A stretch of 64,000 nucleotides of DNA, taken from Squalus acanthias. Lineage: Eukaryota. Each line of letters starts with the position of its first letter. The first letter of the stretch is position 1. The stretch lies in contig CM059432.1 of assembly GCA_030390025.1 (NCBI GenBank), positions 78,990,001-79,054,000 of the forward strand. Direction: 5' to 3'. Shown one piece after another: positions 52,819-64,000 of the stretch. The notes under the pieces are model-generated. The model was not told the DNA's origin and made no database searches. It worked only from the letters and a program-made list of their open reading frames with translations. Both the position numbers and the translations under genes were made by a program.

Positions 52819-53056
52819 ATATACATGGGTGTATGAAAAAATGTTAGTGTTAAGTTTCAGTTATTTTGATGACACATAAAATGTATTTATTTGAACCACT
52901 TTCCAGTCTTGTCCATTTTTGCATGCTACTTTGGAATTGGCTTAGTCATTGGAATGAATGCTGAGACATTAGTTAACCTTGAGCACTGGGGGTTTGGGTG
53001 AGGGGAATGGCTTGGTCATTGTAGGGATGCTTTATGGTGCTGTGGGGTGGGGAAAC

Positions 53057-54250
53057 TTAGTACAGCATGTGGCAGCATTGGAGCAAGTAAATCTGAACAT
53101 GACGAGGCCATCCCGGGCAGCAATGTGCACCGCTGCTGGTGCCATCGCCACTTAAGCTTCCTCCTCCTCTTCCACCTACTCCTCCTAAGAGGCTTTGCGC
53201 TCTGTGTTTTGCTCCTCCTGCAGCTCCAATCCTCGCTGTTGTGCTATGTTGTGCAGCACGCAGCAAACGATGATGATTCTGGAGACCTTGGCTGGTGCGT
53301 ACTGAAGGGCGCCTCCAGATCTGTCAAGGCATCTGAAGCGCATCTTCAGCATGCCTACTGCTTGCTCTATGACACATCTGATGGAGATGTGGCTCTCATT
53401 ATAACGCTCCTGGGCCTCAGTACTTGGTGTCCTCAAGGGTGTCATGAGCCACGTCTTCAGTGGATAGCCCTCGTCTTCAAGCAGCCAATGGTAAGTCTGT
53501 TTGGAGTTGCGGAGAGCTAAGGGAGGGTGGACTGGCGCAGCACAAAAGAGTCATGACAGCTGCCAGGGAATCTGGCACACACATACACGATCATCTTTTT
53601 ATGGTCGCAGACGAGCTGTACATTGAGGGAGTGGAAGCCCTTGTGGTTCACAAACACTCCTGGGCGATGGAGTGCCTTCATGGGTGCAGTTGATGACGCC
53701 CTGCACCTGTGGGAAGTCAGCCAGAGTTGCAAAGCCGAGCACCCACTCAGTAACACTGGCCAAGTTGATATAATTGGCTGACTTGTCAAACATGGCATCA
53801 GTCACCTGGGTGATGCATCTGTGGGCGGCCGACTGCAAGATCCCGCAAATGTCTGCTGCAGGTCCCTGGAAGGAGCTTGAGGCGAAGAAGTTGAGGGCGG
53901 TGGTGGCTTTGACAGCCACTGGTAAGGAGTGCCCACCAGGACCACTGGGCAGCAGGTCTTGTTCCAGCAAGCTACAAATGTCTGCGACGACCTGGCGCAA
54001 TAGCCTGATCTGCCTGAAGCACTGCTGCTCAGTCATGTGGAGGAAGCTCATCCTCTGCCTGTATACCCTGTGTTGGGGGTATCGCCTCCAGTGCACTGCA
54101 GCCCTGTGGTGCCCCCCTCTCTCCGGTGAAGCATCAGGTAATTGAGGAGAAGGCTGCTGTTGTGGTTGCTGCTGCTGCCGGTGTTGTTGGTGGTGGGGCT
54201 CATCTTGGTCAGAATCTGACCACCAAGGTGAGAGTATAATTGACACCCAT
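53057..54250 (-). pseudogene. Harbinger (HARBI1-like, DDE_Tnp_4) transposase, frameshifted
   Basis: [22 protein letters not shown] (first catalytic D appears as N), [66 protein letters not shown]. Confidence 0.92.
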
Positions 54251-55449
54251 GCTGCAGCAGTAGATGGCAGGTAAAGTGGAGATCAGGAGGCCAATCCCTC
54301 AATGTCGTGATAGTGAGTAGCAACGTGGTGAGAGTGGCTTCCGAGGTTTCAGAAATGACCTGCAAACTGCTGACACCCAAATCTGTGCACAAAATGGAGT
54401 GAGCAAGAGCCTTTCCACGAGGCAAGTAATGAGGTGAAATGTTGCAGTATTTATATGCGTTTTCCAGCTCTCAGGCCACTGAGCTTCCGGCTCCCCATCA
54501 CAGGCAAGGTACCCGAGCTGGGTGAATTTTATGCTCCTGCAGTAAAAGTCAAAAGCTGGCGTTAAAAACCCTCTTAAGGGTCTCTCAACAAGCATTAAAT
54601 GACTTCAATGAGGACGGCCACCTCTGCCGACCGGGTCCGTGTTGGGACCAGGGTCCTTCAAAGCCGTCCGAGTTAAATGCGTGAGTCGGTGTGTTCCTGA
54701 CACACTCGCTATTTCCGGGGTTTTTACTGCCGACCCGCCCCCAAACCCCACGTTTGGCAACGGGAAAATTACGGCCTTGGTTTGGAAACTTAAGCAGGGT
54801 GATAAGTTTCACCATATGCAAGATACTCGACGGATTTAAAAATACAAAAAACAAAAATGCTAGCCCATTTTTTCTTTACAGATGCTGATTGACCTGTTGT
54901 GTATTTATGGCATATTTTACTTTTATTCCCAACGTATTTTGCTATTTATCCACAATCCTCATTGTAGGATATGATCTAAGTTTCTTACAGTTTAAAAATA
55001 TCTAAAGTTCAAGATGACTGCTTCTATTGAAATTCAGGCTAGCTGTAGAGAAAGTTAATATTCCGGTGGCAAGAACACATTTCTTTACCTATCTGCCAGA
55101 GTATGTCATCACATAACTATTTGAGTTCCAAAATACATTCTTTAAACATAGCCAGTTCACCTACATACTTCAACTAAACAGGATGTGGGCTGTCTGCCAT
55201 AGCCTTGCAACACTGAAGTAAATAGCATGGCACTAAGCACTTTTTTCCCCCCAAAAAAGTGGGAAGGAAACACATTTACCACCATTTTTCACCTATCACC
55301 TACTTGCTCTCAATGCTAAATACAAATTAGCAAGATAATACTTCAAAATATTTGGAACAGCGTAATTGGGCCATGTCAAAAATGAAAATTTTGCAGGAGT
55401 GATTGCCAGCCACTCTACTTAACGCAATACATTGTAAATTATGTTTATA

Positions 55450-56051
55450 GGTTTCAATTTATATTTGTAGTATCAACGCTTAGTCCCACTAGCAGCAGCA
55501 TCCTCCCAAGCAGCATAGCGAGTAGCCGGCCCATCTGGGTGCAAGAGGCCCAGTCAATAATATCACTGGCCGACTACCCAACTAAAACAGCCTGGAAGTC
55601 AACAAGAGGCAGTGGAAAGTCGGGTGGCCCACAGGATTCCCACTGGGTTCCAAGGTGAGAGCGTGGGGGTGGGGGGGTAGTCCAGGCAGGGGAGGCCTAC
55701 ACTTCCCTTTCTGGGCCTACAGGAGCACTCCTGCCCTTCTTGGCCTCACAAAGGAAAAGTTATAAACTTCTCTCTTTGGTGGTATGCCGAGGTTCTTGCA
55801 GTCAGGGCGATCGCGGCAGGTGCCCTGCTGCTTTCCTGGTTAAGATGGAGTCAGGGACCTACTGACGTAATACAACCCCAATTTGGATAAGTGTATGATG
55901 CTCCTGTCAGATTCAGGCAGGTGCCTCCTGCACCAGAAAAATCAGGCATTTTTAAATCACAATGGATCGGGGACGGAATGAGAAATTCACCCGCTCAATT
56001 TTAATTGCCTCCTGCCTGGTTTCCACTGTGCAGGAAGAGTTAAAATTCCCC
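55450..56051. mobile_element. Decayed Harbinger-type MITE
   Basis: The right end tgcctggtttccac...gttaaaattcccc resembles the right end of 32066-34710; the left end is uncertain. Confidence 0.45.
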
Positions 56052-56567
56052 CATTTTCAGGAAGTCAAAACTAGTCCACAGGTGCAATCTGATCTCTTAA
56101 TTGTTAGTGGCAGAGATAAAAATGCCCTACAATACTCGAGACTCCCAATTAAGTGAAACAATCTGCTCCTGTTAATTTGAAGTTATTCAAATTAAGCAAG
56201 TTTAATAAATGAAACAACACTAAAAGCATTAAGGGAGGTAATCACAGGTTCAAATAGAACTGTGTGAGGTGATTGACACAAGGGCTGAACACTTCTAACA
56301 CAGACTGGTCAATAGAATGGAGGAGATTTCAATTAAAGATAATGTGAGATAGCAATTTTGACACTAAAACTCAGTTTTCAGTCCTCAGTAATCTTTGTGG
56401 TAGAAGTTGTAGGAGTACTTTATCTAGCATATATAAAAAGGTGTCTCTAAAAATCAGAAAGTTCATCTCCAACAGAGAGAGAGAGAGAGAGATAGAGAGA
56501 GAGAGCGAAAGGTTACACGAGATTGTATGGCTATACCAGTCAGATACTGGCAACTACAAGTGTATTA

Positions 56568-57133
56568 CAGGAAACTCTTGTTTATCCGGCACCCAAATAT
56601 CCAGAATTCTCGCTTAACCGGCAAAAATCATCCTCCGAAAACTCCTCTCAAATAACCGGCAATGTTGCCGAGTCGCAGTCCGAGTCTCCGCAAACGCCGA
56701 GTACTCCGAAAACTCCTCTCAAATAACCGGCAATGTTGCCGATCCCGAGTCCACCAACGCCGATTTAGTCAGTAGGGGTAGTTTTCAAAAGTGCCACTAC
56801 TCGGCCTCCTGGCGCTGTCGGAAGTCCGAAACACTGCAGTAGCAGGAGTTGATTCTCCCACGCTGCCGGGAGTCTCACTTACTGTTAAGTAATTAAAGAG
56901 TTATGGATTACTCTCAACTGGCAGTACTGTACTTAATCAAGCATCTTCCACCATCCATTTAACACAACATTCTGTAGGTGAGTACCCAAATACTGTATAC
57001 TGCACACTTCTTGATTTTTTTATTTTTCTTTGTTAAAAATAGCCTCGGTAGATATAACTCTCTGTTATCCGGAACTTTCGATCAACCGGCACCACGCCAG
57101 TCCCGTCGGTGCCGGATACCAAAGAGTTTCCTG
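56568..57133 (+). mobile_element. Tc1/mariner-pogo MITE, copy 2
   Basis: TA TSDs; same TIRs and body as 12830-13396. Confidence 0.9.
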
Positions 57134-57382
57134 TACTTAGATGTACAAATTTCCCCGAGATCAAGGGAGATGACATCTAAGCCAGCTAGTTCAGATACAG
57201 CTATCAGCAAGGAAGGTGAATTTACACAAGAGCAGAGGATTGAATGCACCCCGACAAACAGAGATTCACGGTGACATCTCAGAAGGCTAACACCATTCTC
57301 CTAGAAGAAGTCAAGACAACCAGTTTGTCCATGCCAGCTCACAAGGACAAGGTCCAGAAACATTGCTAACTACAAGCATATA

Positions 57383-59052
57383 GGCCTAGAAATTAGAATG
57401 GGCCGGAAATCTGTTGGTAACAGCGCCAGCCAAGGCTAACAGCTGCCCGCAGAGAGAGCGCAGGCAGCACCGGTATTTTGGTGCTGCCTGCTAATTTACA
57501 TCAGCGGAGCGGAGAATTTGTGGTGTAATGCACTCTTTCCAGCGCTAAGCTCAGCAGGAGGCCGAAGGTTGCGTGTGTCCCGCTTGCATTTAAGGAGAAC
57601 GAGGAAGAAACAAGTCACTAGACCACGTAGGGAACAGTTGCTGTATTTATCATAACAATTTAACTGCCACCCGCTCACCAATCAATGTTACAGCATTGCA
57701 TTCAGCTTTTGTGAAGAAAGCTCTTGTTTAAAGTGCAAAGTGACACAAGCAAAGCTCTGGAACCTATCGATGGAAGTCATCTTTTAAATCAGTTCAGGCT
57801 CCGGTGCGCAAAATTTCTACAGATGGAAATATGGTTCGGCAACTTGTTTATGCATTTGTGGGGCGTCTGTCGACTGCGCTGGGGAAGTCTGTGGTTTGAT
57901 CATACTTCGGGTTTTATGGGATCGGAGGAGAAGGGGGGGGGGCGGTTGGAAGGGTATGGGTGCAAAACAGACAAATTGATTATCTTGTTTGTACTGAGTC
58001 TGTACCTCTCATTGCGCTGAAGGCATGCAGCTTTCGCTGAAGGCGTTTTAAAGAGCTGTTTAAAGAGAAACCGTTCCCTGTGAATGCCATAGCGGAAAGG
58101 GAACACTGTTCATTTTTTTTTGGACATTGAGCCAAGTAATGGCTTTCAAGAAATCTCCCCCATCACTTTACCCACACATCTCATTTAAAAGGAATAGAGA
58201 CTAAGTAAAGCTCTTTATTTTAAATGTTTGTTTAAATTTTCATGAAGTAGGAATAAAAAGATATAGCACAGGAGTGGTCAAATCTAGTGCTTTGTAGTTT
58301 TTGAAACCATTATACTGTAGTCATAATTTCATTGATATGCTGAGGTCACTTTATTCACTGGCTTACGACGGTCTGACAACAAAGGGCTTTTTACTATTCC
58401 ATGCTGAAGACAGAGTACTCATATCTGATAACTTAAAGACTTTGAATTCACACTTCAGATTTCAGAGATTGAAACACTGAACATCAATAGGTGATTCCTA
58501 ATCTAAACCCCATGCTTACTCTTCTAGTCACTCAGAAGTAATCACTTGCAATATTCTGCATCTTCCCATTTGTTACACATTCAGTATTACAATCTCAACC
58601 AGGACAGTTTCAAATAAGCAAACCACTGAAAAAAAAAATTAAACTTTATCTACAAATCTCAAGGTTAACACTGCTACATGGAGATAATTCTATCTTTACT
58701 CTCTGGCTGTCTTACGTTTGTCACTTGAAACGTCCACATGGAATTGCTGTTTACGCTGGTGAAGCGCCGTCATCGGCTGCATGCACGGGCATGCTTTGGA
58801 GAGGGCAGCAAAAGGAGCGGCGATCTCCAAAATAGATGAGCGGGCATCAACTCGGCGTTGCATGCCAATTGATGTCACGCTCCAACTAATTACAATACTT
58901 TCAGCGAGCGCAGGCAACGACAGCGCTGCCGACATGCCGAAAGTGCCGGCTGCCGCGGAACCCCCCGGCAGTGGGCGGAAGGAAGGCAGCCACCATTTTC
59001 CCCCCCAAAACGAGTCTTAACGGCCAGTGCAAACACTTCTAATTTCTAGGCC
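57383..59052. mobile_element. Non-autonomous Harbinger-type element, 1670 bp
   Basis: Perfect 16-bp TIR ggcctagaaattagaa / ttctaatttctaggcc; 3-bp TSD ATA on both sides; GC-rich subterminal regions and AT-rich core. Confidence 0.88.
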
Positions 59053-59149
59053 ATAGACTTTAATCTATTCAATACAGTCGTTATCTAATGCTGTTTGCTT
59101 GTCAGCTATCTAAGGAGCCTAATCATAAATTAATCTCAATCTCAGACAC

Positions 59150-60367
59150 TGATCACAATTTGAGATTGAGGAGCAAATTTGTAGGCAAATTTCAGACTAA
59201 TGTAAAATAATAGAGCAGTAAGCATAGGGGACTTATTACCCTAATATAGAAAGGGGTGGGGAGAGTAAAGGGCAAGGAGGGTGAAGATTTCCTAAAATGT
59301 GTACAGGAGAACTTCCTTAAATCAATATATTTCTAGCCCAATGAGGAATAAAGCAGTGCTGGATCTAGTTCTGGGGAATGAAATAGGGCAAGTGGAGCAT
59401 GTTTCAGTGGGAGAGGATCTGGGTAATAGTGATCATAATATAATTAGGTTTAAAGTGGTTATAGAAAAGGACAAAGAAAAATCAACAGTGAAAATACCCA
59501 ACTGGAAGAGAGCCAATTTCAGTGATTTGAGAAGGGATCTAGCACAGGTGGACTGGAAACAAAGATTGGCCAGGAAAACAGTAAATGAGCAATGGCAGGC
59601 CTTCAAGGCAGAGATAGTTCAGGTACAAACCAAGCAGATTCCTGTAAGGAGGAAGGCTAGAGCTCCCTGGAAGACAAAGGAAATGGAGGTTAAAATAAAA
59701 CAGAAAAAGGAAGTTTATAACAAATGTCAGGTATCGAATACAATTGAAAACCAGGCAGAATATAGAGAGTACACGAAGAATTTGAAAAAAAATACAAGAA
59801 AGGCAAAGAGAGTATGAGAAAAGATTAGTGGGTAACATAAAAAGAGAACCCAAAATCTTTTGTAAACACATAAAAAGGAAAAGGATCGTTAAAGGAATGG
59901 TGGGGCCGATTAGGGACAAAAAAAAGGAAATGTTCTTGTGGAGACAGAGGGTATGACTGAGGTACTGAATGAGTGCTTTGCATCTTTCTTCACAAAAGAA
60001 GAGGATGAAGTTAATGTCGCAAGGGTGGGGGGGGGGGGGGAAAAGGGAGTAGGGATATTGGATTGGATAAAAAAGATAGAAAGGAGGTACTAAATAGGTT
60101 GGCATCACTTGGTTCAGATGGGATGCATCCTAGGTTGCTGAGGGAATCTAGGATGGAGATAGCATAAGCTCTGACCAATGTTTTTGTTAAGGTGCATGGC
60201 CGCTAGGCGCTCTGCAGCACTCGCAGCGCCGGCACAGCGGCTTTTAAACAGGAAAAACCGCGCATGCGCAGTATTTTGAATGGGCCACACAGCCTCTTAA
60301 AGGGGCTGCACACCCAAAAAAAAAATGAAAGGGAACATTGGCTCTGACCACAATGTTTCAATCCTCG
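59150..60367 (+). mobile_element. Old CR1 ORF2 endonuclease-region fragment
   Basis: ORF 59299-59817 (LDLVLGNE..LGNSDHNII). Confidence 0.85.
60176..60340. mobile_element. hAT-type MITE, 165 bp
   Basis: 8-bp TSD gctctgac at 60168-60175 and 60341-60348; termini caatgtt / aacattg. Confidence 0.85.
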
Positions 60368-61545
60368 ATAGCAAAATACTGCGGATGCTGGAAATCCGAA
60401 ATAACAACAGAAAACGCTGGAAAAACTCAGCAGGCCAGGCAGTATCCGTGGAGAGAGAAACAGAGTTAACGTGTCAGGTCGAAGACCCTTCGTCAGAACT
60501 GGAAAAAAGCAGGAAATGAAATAGATTTAAAGCAAGAATAAAGCTGGGAAAAGGGGGAGGGGTGAAAGAACAAAAGGGAAGGTCAGTGGTAGTATAGAAG
60601 GCAGGAGAGATTAAGAGGCATTAAGAGATATTCAAGACAAGAGGAGGTGGTAATGTGACAGGTTGAGGCTAGATGAAGTGTGAAATGCGCTTGCGGAATG
60701 AAGGACAGCTGCCAGCTTCAGGGAGGGAAGAAAAAAAAGGGGCCAAACAAAAGGGTGGATGAAAAAAAAAAAAATATATATATATATATATATAAATAAT
60801 GATCTGAAATTGTTGAACTCTATGTTGAGTCCAGAGGCCTGTAGCGTGCCTAAACGAAAGATGAGGTGCTGTTCCTCGAGCTTACGATGAGCTTCCGTGG
60901 GACAATGCAAGAGGCCGAGGACGGTGAGGTCAGAGTGGGAGTGGAGCGGAGAATTAAAGTGACAGGCCACCGGGAGCTCGGGGTCCCCCTTACGGACTGA
61001 ACGGAGGTGTTCCGCAAAGCGGTCACCCAATCTGCGTTTGGTCTCCCCAATGTAGAGGAGACCACATCGTGAGCAGCGAATACAGTATACTAAATTGCAG
61101 GAAGTACACGTAAATCGCTGTTTCACCTGGAAGGGGTGTTTGGGGCCCTGGACAGTGGGAAGGGGGGAGGTATAAGGGCATGTGTAACATCTCCTGCACT
61201 TGCACGGGAAGGTGCTGGGCGAAGGGGAAGGTGTGCTGGGGGTGGTAGAGGAGTGGACTAGGGTGTCACGGAGGGAGCGGTCCCTACGGAATGCTGAAAG
61301 GGGAGGTGAGGGGAAGATGCGTTTGGTGGCTGGAGGTGGCGGAAATGGCGGAGGATGATCCGTTGAATGTGGAGGCTGGTGGGGTGAAAGGTGAGGATAA
61401 GGGGAACTCTATTGTGGTTCCAGGAGGGAGAGGCAGGGGTGAGGGCAGAAGTGCGAGCGATAGAACGGACACGGTCAAGGGCCGTGTCAACCACAGTAGA
61501 GGGGAATCCTCGGTTGAGAAAAAAGGAAGACATGTCGGAAGCACT
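60368..61545 (-). mobile_element. Penelope-like element 3' part (GIY-YIG endonuclease and terminal repeat)
   Basis: ORF 60632-61126: FTCTSCNLVYCIRCSRCGLLYIGETKRRLGDRFAEHL...GLN. Confidence 0.92.
60464..60500 (-). ncRNA. Hammerhead motif in the Penelope terminal repeat (GAAA->GACA)
   Basis: Minus strand: AGUU CUGACGA A GGGUC-UUC-GACCU GACA C GUU AACU; stem I AGUU/AACU. Confidence 0.6.
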
Positions 61546-64000
61546 GGACTACACTTCCTCCCACCCCGCCTCCTGTAAGGACTCTATTCCATTCTCCCCA
61601 TCTCCTCTGGAGATCTTCCCCCCCACGGCCGCCAAACTCATAGTTCCCCAACCCCGCACAGCCCACTTCTACCTCCTTCCCAAGATCCACATACAGGACT
61701 GCCCCGGTAGACCCATCGTTTCAGCCTGTTCTTGCCCCACAGAACTTATCTCTTCCTATCTCGACTCTATTTTTTCTCCCCTTGTCCAGTCTCTTCCCAC
61801 CTACATCCGCGACTCTTCCGACGCCTGACGCCACTTTAACAGTTTCCCGGCCCCAACCGCCTCCTTTCCACGATGGACGTACAATCCCTCTACACCTCCA
61901 TCCCCCACCAGGATAGCCTGAGGGCGCTCCGCTTCTTCCTTGAACAGAGGCCCAACCAGTCCCCATCCACCACCATCCTACTCCGCCTGGCTGAACTTGT
62001 TCTCACATTGAACAACTTCTCCTTTGACTCCACTCATTTCTTCCAAATCAAAGGTGTTGCTATGGGTACCCGCATGGGTCCTATCTATGCCTGGCTTTTC
62101 GTGGGATATGTGGAACACTCTTTGTTCCAGTCCTACTCGGGTCCCCTCCCTCACCTCTTTTTCCGGTACATTGATGACTGTATCGGTGCCGTCTCCTGCT
62201 CTCGCCCTGAACTAGAACATTTCATTCACTATACTTCCAATTTCCACCCTTCCCTCACCTTCACATGGTCCATCTCCGACTCTTCCCTTCCCTTACTCGA
62301 CTTCTCCGTCTCCATCTCTGGGGATAGGTTATTGGCTAACATTCACTACAAGCCCACTGACTCCCACAGCTACCTGGACTACACTTCCTCCCACCCAGCC
62401 TCCTGTAAGGACTCTATTCCATTCTCCCAGTTTCTCCGTCTCCGCCGCATCTGCCCTGACGATGCCTCCTTCCATACCAGTGCTTCCGACAAGTCTTCCT
62501 TTTTTCTCAACTGAGGATTCCCCTCTACTGTGTTTGACACGGCCCTCGACCGTATCCATTCTATCTCCTGCACTTCTGCCCTCACCCCTGCCCCTCCCTC
62601 CCGGAACCACGATAGAGTTCCCCTTGTCCTCATCTTTCACCCCACCAGCCTCCACATTCATAGAAACATGGAAACAAAGAAGATAGGAGCAGGAGTAGGC
62701 CATTCAGCCCCTCGAGCCTGCTCCGCCATTCGATGAGATCATGGCTGATCATCCAAACTCAGTACCCTATACCTGCCTTCTCCCCATATCCCTTGATACC
62801 TTTAGCTTTAAGAAATATATCTAACTCATTCTTGAATATATTTAATGACTTGGCCTCAACTACCTTCTGTGGTAGAGAATTCCACAGGTTCACCAATCTC
62901 TGGGTGAAGAAATTCTTCCTCATTTCTGTCCTAAATGGCTTACCCCTTATCCTTAGATTATGACCCCTGGTTCCGGACTCTCCGACCATCGGGAACATTC
63001 TTCCTGCATCTAGTTTGTCCAGACCTGTCAGAATTTTATATGTTTCGATGAGATCCCTCTCATTCTTCTATACTCCAGCGAGTATAAGCCCAATCGACCC
63101 AATCTCTCCTCATATGTCATTCCTGCCATCCCAGGTATCAGCCTTGTGAATCTTCGCTGAACTCCTTCCATGGCAAGAACATCCTTCCTCAGATAAGGCG
63201 ACCAAAACTGCACACAGTACTCAAGGTGTGGTCTCACCAAGGCCCTGTACAACTGCAGCAGGACATCCCTGTTCCTATACTCAAACCCTTTCGCTATGAA
63301 GGGCAACATACCATTTGCCTTCTTCACTGCCTGCTGCACCTGCATGCTTACCTTCAGTGACTGGTGCACAAGGACACCCAGGTCTCATTGCACTTCCCCT
63401 TCTCCCAATCTATTGCCATTCAGATAATAGTCTGCCTTTCTGTTTTTGACACCAAAGTGAATAACCTCGCATTTATCCACGTTATATTGCATCTGCCACG
63501 CTTCTGCCCACTCACCCAACCTGTCCAAATCATCCTGGAGTTTCTCAGTATCCTCCTCGGAGCACACACGCCCACCCAGCTTTGTGTCATCTGCAAACTT
63601 GGAGACATTACATTTAGTTCCCTTATCCAGATCATTAATGTATATTGTGAATAGCTGCGGTCCAAGGACCGAACCCTGCGGTACCCCTCTAGTCGATCAT
63701 CCTCCGCCATTTCCGCCACCTCCAGCGTGATCCCACCACCAAACGCATCTTCCCCTCACCTCCCCTTTCAGCATTCCGTAGGGAGCGCTACCTCCGCGAC
63801 ACCCTAGTCCACTCCTCTACCACCCCCAGCACCCCTTCCACTTCGCCCAGCACCTTCCCGTGCAAGTGCAGGAGATGCTACACCTGCCCTTATACCTCCC
63901 CCCTTCCCACTGTCCAGGGCCCCAAACACCCCTTCCAGGTGAAACAGCGATTTAAGTGTACTTCCTGCAATTTAGTATACTGTATTCGCTGCTCACGATG
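61544..64000 (+). mobile_element. Penelope-like element RT to GIY-YIG, interrupted by CR1, runs off the window
   Basis: FYLLPKIH..CPGRPIVS; ORF 61873-62514 with MDVQSLYTSIPH, GVAMGTRMGP, RYIDD; resumes at about 63693. Confidence 0.93.
62661..63692 (-). mobile_element. Young CR1 3' part inserted in Penelope
   Basis: Minus-strand ORFs 62759-62998 and 63028-63369; close to the reverse complement of 19995-21007. Confidence 0.94.

Larger units (their letters stand above)
50725..54776. mobile_element. Decayed autonomous-type PIF/Harbinger transposon (convergent Myb/SANT gene and DDE transposase)
   Basis: Two-gene architecture; right end gggaaaattacggcc; subterminal inverted motif gtcgggaacac / gtgttcctgac. 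The left TIR is degenerate. Confidence 0.88.

Noticed and set aside
51017..54250. Domesticated HARBI1/NAIF1 host genes
   Set aside because: Stops, frameshifts, a mutated donor and transposon-like ends indicate a decayed transposon.

Overview
Vertebrate genomic DNA, most likely from a cartilaginous fish (inferred only from the repeat set: abundant CR1 and L2 LINEs, DeuSINEs, Penelope and Harbinger elements). The window holds most of one host gene on the minus strand, MYBL1 (A-Myb). I traced 14 coding exons (exons 2-15, 46465 down to 519, 2107 nt) with GT-AG junctions and consistent phases. The ATG exon and the last exon were not found and probably lie outside the window. The introns are densely filled with nested transposons: several CR1 families, L2, an EN-RT LINE that begins with a tRNA-like head, DeuSINEs, Penelope-like elements, a decayed two-gene PIF/Harbinger transposon plus many non-autonomous derivatives, TA-targeting Tc1/mariner-pogo MITEs and a hAT MITE. 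The less obvious signals are three Penelope-derived minimal hammerhead-ribozyme motifs, all on the MYBL1 sense strand, a candidate in-frame 18-nt microexon preceded by UGC, a tandem splice donor, and several small rearrangements. I found no prokaryote-type system or CRISPR array. Element boundaries were read by eye and are approximate unless a TIR or TSD is quoted; comparisons to vertebrate Myb proteins and repeat consensuses are from memory, not database searches.
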